Below are positions 28,414 to 35,064 of a DNA stretch of 35,064 nt, piece by piece; within the stretch, counting starts at the first letter, position 1, and every line of letters starts with the position of its first letter. Under the pieces are notes generated by a model. That model worked only from the letters and a program-made list of their open reading frames with translations. It did not search any database and had not been told where the DNA came from. A program made the translations under genes and the position numbers. The stretch lies in the IMG/VR virus record IMGVR_UViG_3300013121_000021; one strand, written 5' to 3'. This DNA comes from an uncultured virus (IMG/VR IMGVR_UViG_3300013121_000021) (Duplodnaviria > Heunggongvirae > Uroviricota > Caudoviricetes).

Positions 28414-28653
28414 AGTACTAATTGATCACTATAAATTTTATTAATTCGGTGAAACTCCTAACGCTAAGGACAATACCGAGCCAAACTAGATTAAATCTAG
28501 AAGGTGTAACGACTATTCCTTCGGGAAGTACACTCAAGCGAGTGGAAATGTAAAATAGTTTCTTTTAACTAAAGAGATAGTCTAATCTTATAGGCAACTA
28601 TAAGCTGGGTAAAATCCCGGGTAAAGAGTAGCGATCTTTACTGAATATAAATG
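28414..28653 (+). mobile_element. Group I intron 3 in rpoC (240 nt, no ORF)
   Basis: P1 AGTGGTT/GATCACT; AATTCGGTGAAA, AATACCGAG, GTAACGACTA, GAGATAGTC; splicing restores SGYLERSL. Confidence 0.92.
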
Positions 28654-29606
28654 ATCTTGAACGCTCACTAGCAATGGCTTTATCTGTTGTAGAACTGGAT
28701 GAAGAAGATTGTGGTACAAGATATGGATTTACTATAACTGTTTTAAGTGAAAAACATGGTAAATCATTAATTGGTAAATATTATAAACAAAATCCAGAAG
28801 AAGATTGGAAATTATTTACTTCTTCCGATATTCATAAATATATTAATACTTCATTAATATTTAGATCTCCAATTACATGTTTTAATAGTCATTATAAAAT
28901 ATGTAAAAAATGTTTTGGTTACTATCCGCGAATTCAAACGCCTTTTGTGGGAATTATTAGCGGCCAAGTAGTGTCAGAAAAAACTACCCAACTTACATTA
29001 AGATCATTCCACACTAGTGGTTCAAGCACCCTTACAATTAATAATAAATTAAAGAATTATATTAGAGAGCATTTAATTGATATAATATTAGATAAAAATT
29101 TCTGTACTCTAATATTTAATGAAAATATAGATGAAGAATATTCAGAAATAATTTCTTCAGTTCCAGGGTGTATCCAACTTTATGCAAATACATGTCAATT
29201 TGACTATATTTATAATATAGAAAATGAAGATGTTGGAAAAGTTATAAAAGATTTAAAGAATTGTTTATTAACAGAAAAAGGTGATGTTACATGTACATTA
29301 CAAACTTATAATAAATTGATAGAATCAATTTTATCTGTTGGTAATATATTTTCATCTTTTATTGAAATAATTCTTTGTAATTTATATACTAATAATAAAA
29401 ACAAAATAATTCGATATCAACTTAGAGATAATGATATTCTTGAAATCACTAAAAAATATAGTGTATATCATATTCATAGTTTGTTATCTCCAACATTAAA
29501 TTTACTATACAAACCAAATCTAAATACGATTTCCGAATATTATAATACAGTTGTGAAAAATTGTCATAAACCATCTATATTCGAAAAAATCTGGTTAGAT
29601 ATCTAA
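28654..29606 (+). CDS. rpoC: RNA polymerase beta' exon 4
   Basis: EDCGT, RSPITC...ICKKCFG, VGIISGQVVSEKTTQLTLRSFHTSG (trigger loop). Confidence 0.9.
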
Positions 29607-29610
29607 AAAT

Positions 29611-29646
29611 AATAGCGGGTATAAAAATAACATGCCCGCTATTTTT
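29611..29646 (+). terminator. Terminator after rpoC
   Basis: AATAGCGGG ... CCCGCTATT followed by T-run. Confidence 0.7.
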
Positions 29647-29662
29647 CCATAATTTACTGATT

Positions 29663-30109
29663 ATGATTCTAGAAAAATTAAATAATCTTTTTATTCGTAT
29701 AACAAAACAAAAATCTGATTTATTACAATTAGTTAGTGATTCTTATTGTATAGAAACTGAAATTCAAAAATATAATACAAATATTATAGAATTAAATGAA
29801 ATAAGATCTCAATTAATTAATACAGAATTAAATTTAAAATCTGCTTTAAATTTAATTGAAGAAGAAATAATAAAAATAGATGAAATAAACCAAAAAATTC
29901 TAAATTTTAGTCCTGTAATTTTTGAAAAGAAGTCTTTAAGAACTGATAATATTAATAAAATAATAAGTGAAACTGAACGTATTTTAGATTATGTAGATGA
30001 TACTAAAAAAATAGTTCATAATAATAAAAAAATAACATATAGAATATTTTTTTCAATTATTTGTATATTAATTTTGTTAGTTCCAATATTGATGTTATTT
30101 AGCGATTGA
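29663..30109 (+). CDS. Coiled-coil protein with C-terminal membrane anchor
   Basis: Heptad-like body, hydrophobic C-terminus. Confidence 0.75.
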   Translation: MILEKLNNLFIRITKQKSDLLQLVSDSYCIETEIQKYNTNIIELNEIRSQLINTELNLKSALNLIEEEIIKIDEINQKILNFSPVIFEKKSLRTDNINKIISETERILDYVDDTKKIVHNNKKITYRIFFSIICILILLVPILMLFSD

Positions 30110-30116
30110 GAAGAAA

Positions 30117-30317
30117 ATGGACGAAATTGATTTAATGCAAAAAACTGAAGAACTTGAGTTCAAAGGTAATATTAAAAAATCAAAAGATACTTTTCGCGTT
30201 GGTCCAAAAAAATGCATTAAATGTAATGACTATAATGACCGAAGCGAAGATGGTTTCGGAGTATGTTCAGATTGTATGGAAATAATGGAAGAATCCGCAG
30301 TTCTAAGTATTAACTAA
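30117..30317 (+). CDS. TraR/DksA-like C4 zinc-finger protein
   Basis: N-terminal DEID acidic motif; CIKC...CSDC. Confidence 0.6.
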   Translation: MDEIDLMQKTEELEFKGNIKKSKDTFRVGPKKCIKCNDYNDRSEDGFGVCSDCMEIMEESAVLSIN

Positions 30318-30361
30318 AAATAATAAGAGGGGTAATTAAAAAATTATCCCTCTATAAAAAT

Positions 30362-30898
30362 ATGTTAGATAATCTATATTTAAGAACTGAATTTGAAAAA
30401 GCTTGTCAAAATAATGAAAACATAACTACACTATTTGAATATGCTGTAAAATGTTGTCATGTAACCTGTTTTAATTCTAAATGTGATTTATCTACAATTG
30501 TTTTTTTATATACTGGTAATATTACTCGTTCATATAATATAATTATAGATAACGATATAAAAATAGTAGTAGATGAATTAATAGAAAAATGTAAATGGGA
30601 TTTAGTTTATGAAAAATCTGAAATCCTAGAAAAAGAAATCGAAATTACAGATTTATTATATATTAGTTCAGCTACTTCTTTTTATATTTTAAATAAAGCA
30701 TTAAATAAATACCATAATAATGTAAATAAATATATAGTAATATACAATACCCATAAATATGCAATAAAAGGGAAATATAATAATGATCCTGGTTTATTAC
30801 CTGCTATTATTAAATTCATAATGTTTCATAATAATTGGAAAATATGTTTTTATGACATTTGTAATGATGGAATTACTATTTTGGAGAAACAATCTTGA
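30362..30898 (+). CDS. Degenerate class I SAM-methyltransferase-like protein
   Basis: TLFEYA...HVT...ST, TDLLYI, VNKYIV, GLLPAI...W...NDGITILEK pattern of Methyltransf_24-like proteins. Confidence 0.55.
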   Translation: MLDNLYLRTEFEKACQNNENITTLFEYAVKCCHVTCFNSKCDLSTIVFLYTGNITRSYNIIIDNDIKIVVDELIEKCKWDLVYEKSEILEKEIEITDLLYISSATSFYILNKALNKYHNNVNKYIVIYNTHKYAIKGKYNNDPGLLPAIIKFIMFHNNWKICFYDICNDGITILEKQS

Positions 30899-32019
30899 AT
30901 TTAATAAATAGATCATTAAAGTATGAAAAATCTGATATATTATATTTTAGAGAATATCAATACAATTTAATTTATTCGTTTATTGAATTATGTATTGAAT
31001 ATTTAATAAAGTTAGGTTTAGAAATTGATAAAAATATATTTTCTATTAATATTATTGAAGATGTAAATTATCATTCAATAAATCATTTTGCATGTAAATT
31101 AGTTAAAATAAAAATAAATAATAACTCAAAAGAATTATTTTTAAATTTAACAATTCCTAAATTAATAGATGGAATGTTTTTTAAATTAAACGGAGTTTAT
31201 TATATACCAGGGTTTTATATAGTAGATGAACCAATAATAGTTAAGAAGAATAGTTCATTATTATTTTCTTTATTCACGCCAATAACTTTATATACTAAAG
31301 AAAACAGAGCTATTATTTTAGGAAATAATATACCATTAACAAGATTGTTTAGAATATATTATTCTGAAGATGAAATTCAGGAATTAGCAAATTTACTTTC
31401 TTTTGATTATTTTCCTGAAAAATTAGAATTATCGGTTTTACAATTAGCTGATAAACTTTCTTGTATTCCAGATAAAGAACATGTTCAAAATAGATTGGAA
31501 ACTCTATTTTTTGATTCATGGACTAAAGAATTATATGAAACTTATTATAATATTGAGAATATTAGTTTAAAAAAAGTTTTTAATCAATTATTAATTAATT
31601 ATGAAAATAAAGATAATAAATCATTTATTGATTTAAAATATAAAAGATTGGTATTTACTGAATTTTTATTATCTCCTATTTTCAAATCTGTTTCATTAGC
31701 TATCCCAAGTTTATTAAAAGGAATACAAATCTATAAACTAAATGTTGGGTTAGGTGATATAATTGATTATTTTTATAATAAACTAAATAGATTTAATTTA
31801 TATGATTCAGTAAATGGGTATAGTGGTTTATTAGGATTAAAAGCTACATTTAATAATCCTTCGTCAAACGGCGAATTACCATCAACAGTAGCTTCTATTC
31901 ATAATTCATATAAAGGAAAAATTGATCCAATAAGTATATCAAACGCAGATCCAGGGAAAAACATTTCGTTAATACCACAACAAAAGATAGATTTAAAGTA
32001 TGGCATCTTCATTGATTGA
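30895..32019 (+). CDS. rpoB: RNA polymerase beta subunit, N-terminal fragment (374 aa)
   Basis: IPKLIDGMFFKLNG and SIHNSYKGKIDPISIS...PGKNISL correspond to beta motifs IP-x-M...F-x-ING and DVH-x-SHYGRICPIETP..NIGL. Confidence 0.75.
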   Translation: MNLINRSLKYEKSDILYFREYQYNLIYSFIELCIEYLIKLGLEIDKNIFSINIIEDVNYHSINHFACKLVKIKINNNSKELFLNLTIPKLIDGMFFKLNGVYYIPGFYIVDEPIIVKKNSSLLFSLFTPITLYTKENRAIILGNNIPLTRLFRIYYSEDEIQELANLLSFDYFPEKLELSVLQLADKLSCIPDKEHVQNRLETLFFDSWTKELYETYYNIENISLKKVFNQLLINYENKDNKSFIDLKYKRLVFTEFLLSPIFKSVSLAIPSLLKGIQIYKLNVGLGDIIDYFYNKLNRFNLYDSVNGYSGLLGLKATFNNPSSNGELPSTVASIHNSYKGKIDPISISNADPGKNISLIPQQKIDLKYGIFID

Positions 32020-32332
32020 ATCCTACTATAATCTAGAAAATAAAGAAGAGATCTTAAATTTTTTGGAAAAATATCCAAAAATACATAAATTCTTAGAAAC
32101 AAATATCAATAACTTTAATAATGTAATTAATTGTCCAATTAGTTTAAAATTAAATACATCGAAACCGTGTAATTGTACACATGAGGAGGATAATTTATTA
32201 TGGATCTTTGCAGAAAGTAAAGGTCATTTTACTGATAGATTAGCCGAACAAATTGAAGATTATATATTTGATCATATTATTAGTCCAGCATGGTTTGATA
32301 CTAATGGTATGATAGGCTTTTCAGTAAGATAA
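32000..32332 (+). CDS. Hypothetical protein
   Basis: ORF; hairpin 32343-32374 downstream. Confidence 0.7.
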   Translation: MASSLIESYYNLENKEEILNFLEKYPKIHKFLETNINNFNNVINCPISLKLNTSKPCNCTHEEDNLLWIFAESKGHFTDRLAEQIEDYIFDHIISPAWFDTNGMIGFSVR

Positions 32333-32454
32333 TAACAAATAAAATGGAGTGAGATAGAATATATCTCACTCCATTGGATTTATTTTTTAAATTATATTAT
32401 ATTTATAAATTCAATATAGATATAATATGATTTTAAACTAAACTAAAATCTACA

Positions 32455-32703
32455 ATGAGTAAATCAATATTGTCTTGGGAAAAATTTACAGTACATGGTG
32501 ATAGTAAAAGTATTGAAGAAGTTGAACGTTTATTAGATATTACTCAAAATGATTTTACAATAAAAGAACATAGTATACGAAGAGAATGTGCTGAAATTTG
32601 TCTTAAAATTCTTAAAAAATATGAAAATAATATGACTGCTGCAATAGCAGCAAATGAATGTGCTAATGAAATATTGAACTCAATAGGTAAATCAAATGGC
32701 TGA
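32455..32703 (+). CDS. Hypothetical protein
   Basis: ORF; promoter motif at 32415. Confidence 0.7.
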   Translation: MSKSILSWEKFTVHGDSKSIEEVERLLDITQNDFTIKEHSIRRECAEICLKILKKYENNMTAAIAANECANEILNSIGKSNG

Positions 32704-32896
32704 TAAATCTCAAAAAAATAAAGATAAAAAGGATAAAAAACCAAAACAAGACAAAAAGGATAAAAAAGTTAAAAAGAAATGAAATTTATTGTTCGTAAAT
32801 GGAGCGAATTTTCACCAAGATTTGGAAATGAATCAAAATATATGCATCCATTTTATAGATTAATAAGTTTCATTTTAAGTAATTTATTTTTAAGAC

Positions 32897-33148
32897 ATGT
32901 TGATTAATGAAATTGGAACTAAAGTAACATATAAATGTACAGAATGTGGGCATATATATTCTATTCATTTAACTAAAAAATGTCCTAAATGTAAAAATAT
33001 ATATGTTGATGCCTATATTGATATAGGTGTTAAAATTAATAGATTAATTGATCAAATTCAATTAAATTTGGAAATAAACAAAAATGCCGATAAAACAAGT
33101 TTTATACAGATCGGATCAGAAAGTTCCTGTAAAAATTTGGACCGATGA
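32897..33148 (+). CDS. Zn-ribbon protein
   Basis: CTECGH...CPKC. Confidence 0.65.
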   Translation: MLINEIGTKVTYKCTECGHIYSIHLTKKCPKCKNIYVDAYIDIGVKINRLIDQIQLNLEINKNADKTSFIQIGSESSCKNLDR

Positions 33149-34268
33149 TATAGATTATAAATCATTAGAACAACTTGCAAATATAGCTGAATTACCATTT
33201 ATATTTAAACATATAGCAGTAATGCCAGATGTTCATTTAGGAATTGGAGCTACTGTAGGTTCAGTTATTGCAACACAAAAAGCTATTATTCCAGCAGCTG
33301 TAGGAGTTGATCTTGGTTGTGGAATGAATGCTATTAGATTATCTATAACGGCAAATGATTTACCTGATAATTTATCTGAGATTAGAAATCAGATAGAAAA
33401 AGCTATTCCATTAGGAGCTGGAGCTCATAGACAAGAAAATCATCTATCAAATACAAAACTTAATTTAGGATATGAAAAAGTATTTGATAAAATAGGTTTT
33501 GGATTTAAAGAATTTAAAAAAGCTGCATTACAATTAGGTACATTAGGATCTGGAAATCATTTTATTGAGATTTGTCTAGATCAAGATAATTATGTATGGG
33601 TAATGTTACATTCTGGTAGTCGTGGAATTGGAAATATGATTGGATGTCATTATATTTCCATTGCTAAAAAAGAAATGGAAAAAATGTTTATTAATCTACC
33701 AGATAAAGATTTAGCATATCTAGTTGAGGGCGATTCTAATTTTAATAATTATGTTGAAGCTGTTAAATGGGCTCAAGATTATGCATTAGAAAATCGCCAT
33801 TTAATGATGAAAACTATTTTAGAAATATTAAAAAATATATTTCCGCCGTTTAAAATAATAGATGAAGGAGCAAATTGTCATCATAATTACATTGATATAG
33901 AAAATCATTTTAATAACAATGTTTATATTACCAGGAAAGGAGCTATAAGAGCTAGAGAAGGAGATATCGGAATTATACCTGGTAGTATGGGTGATAAAAG
34001 CTATATTGTTAGAGGAAAAGGTAATAAAGAATCATTTTGTAGTTGTTCCCATGGGGCAGGTAGACGATTATCTAGAAATTCAGCAAAAGAACAATTTACA
34101 ATTGAAGATTTAATAGAACAAACTCAAGGGATTGAGTGTAAAAAGGATGAAAGTGTATTAGATGAAATTCCTAAAGCTTATAAACCTATCGATGAAGTAA
34201 TGGAAAACCAATCGGATTTAGTAGAAGTTCTATTTACATTAAAACAAATTTTGAATATAAAAGGTTAA
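33084..34268 (+). CDS. rtcB: RNA-splicing ligase RtcB
   Basis: MPDVH, VGVDLGCG, GTLGSGNHF, HSGSRG, HHNY, PGSMG, SHGAGR, DEIPKAYK motifs. Confidence 0.96.
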   Translation: MPIKQVLYRSDQKVPVKIWTDDIDYKSLEQLANIAELPFIFKHIAVMPDVHLGIGATVGSVIATQKAIIPAAVGVDLGCGMNAIRLSITANDLPDNLSEIRNQIEKAIPLGAGAHRQENHLSNTKLNLGYEKVFDKIGFGFKEFKKAALQLGTLGSGNHFIEICLDQDNYVWVMLHSGSRGIGNMIGCHYISIAKKEMEKMFINLPDKDLAYLVEGDSNFNNYVEAVKWAQDYALENRHLMMKTILEILKNIFPPFKIIDEGANCHHNYIDIENHFNNNVYITRKGAIRAREGDIGIIPGSMGDKSYIVRGKGNKESFCSCSHGAGRRLSRNSAKEQFTIEDLIEQTQGIECKKDESVLDEIPKAYKPIDEVMENQSDLVEVLFTLKQILNIKG

Positions 34269-34341
34269 TATAGATATTATACGATGGGTGTGTAATAAAT
34301 GATGACACCCTCAACTCAATTGAAAGAGATAGGAGTATATA

Positions 34342-34725
34342 ATGACCATTTCCGATTCAAAAAAGAATCTTTTATATAAATCCATTTATAGAACTGTCAG
34401 ATCTTTAAATGGAGCTAGTAATGATATAGCTACAATAAAAGTTATATCTGAAAATAATGGTGAAAGTTTTGAAGTACATATTGTTAATAACAGTAATGAT
34501 AGTATGTACAAACATTCTGCCCATTGGAGTTTTACGAAAGGATTTTCAGAATCAAGTAATCGAGTATATTATACTGGAAAATTGATTTTGATGGATTGTA
34601 ATGATGGGCCATCAGGTGATTATTCACCATCAATAGTAAAAATTTCGTCAGTATTAGATGCTGCGAAATTTTGTAATATACAATTAAATCTACTGAGTTT
34701 ACGAGCTGGTAGATTTTTAGATTAG
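34342..34725 (+). CDS. Hypothetical protein
   Basis: AGGAG RBS; promoter motif at 34269. Confidence 0.75.
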   Translation: MTISDSKKNLLYKSIYRTVRSLNGASNDIATIKVISENNGESFEVHIVNNSNDSMYKHSAHWSFTKGFSESSNRVYYTGKLILMDCNDGPSGDYSPSIVKISSVLDAAKFCNIQLNLLSLRAGRFLD

Positions 34726-34768
34726 CTAAGCTATGCCAAGGATGGCATTTAATTTTTTTGTTATTTAT

Positions 34769-35056
34769 ATGAAAAAAAGACAATTTTTTATATGTCATTG
34801 CGATGATGCCCAACATCAATATTCTTTAACTTATTTTATAGATGATAAATTTCCAGATAAATTTTTGTATTTAGATATTCATCTAAATAAAGAATATTCA
34901 ATATTTAGACGTATAATATATGCGTTTAAATATATTTTTGGTTATCAATGTAAATATGGGGCGTTTGATGAAATTGTAATTAGTAAAGAGACTGCAGAGG
35001 AGACTAAAAAGTTTATAGAAGAATTTCTTTTGGAAAAAGAAAATGATAGTTTCTAA
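34769..35056 (+). CDS. Hypothetical phage protein
   Basis: CHC...H motif; probable start MKKRQ. Confidence 0.7.
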   Translation: MKKRQFFICHCDDAQHQYSLTYFIDDKFPDKFLYLDIHLNKEYSIFRRIIYAFKYIFGYQCKYGAFDEIVISKETAEETKKFIEEFLLEKENDSF

Positions 35057-35064
35057 CTCATTAT

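Noticed and set aside
24822..29606. rpoC as a pseudogene, stop-codon-recoded gene or separately encoded subunits
   Set aside because: Group I intron cores and precise splice junctions account for all interruptions
4426..34819. Shadow ORFs (4426, 6498, 6737, 8726, 9516, 9928, 10277, 14224, 20211, 31899, 32544, 34532)
   Set aside because: Antisense or out-of-frame overlaps with better-supported genes or RNAs

Overview
Very AT-rich window from a large (jumbo-type) bacteriophage genome with standard genetic code and Shine-Dalgarno sites. (1) 1-7.9 kb is largely non-coding. It holds three arrays of a 37-bp dual-repeat unit (TGTTAAAAT-N9-TATTTCTGAT/TGTATCTATT-N9) whose geometry resembles TIGR guide-RNA arrays. 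A ~3.6-kb ORF-free, repeat- and palindrome-rich tract (origin candidate) lies between arrays 1 and 2. (2) 8-24 kb is a dense run of small minus-strand hypothetical genes mixed with candidate structured ncRNAs. These include three atypical tRNA-like RNAs and an AAAG-periodic RNA ahead of a DIP1984/DUF6847-like gene. (3) 24.3-35 kb is a plus-strand block. It encodes a multisubunit RNA polymerase beta' gene split by three group I introns (one with an HNH homing endonuclease, one inside the NADFDGD motif; spliced product 1023 aa), a TraR/DksA-like zinc finger, a degenerate methyltransferase, an N-terminal RNAP beta fragment and RtcB. A recurrent motif TATAGATAT(A/T)A precedes many transcription units, including the arrays, and is the likely phage promoter. 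All family assignments come from motif recognition by eye; no searches were run.
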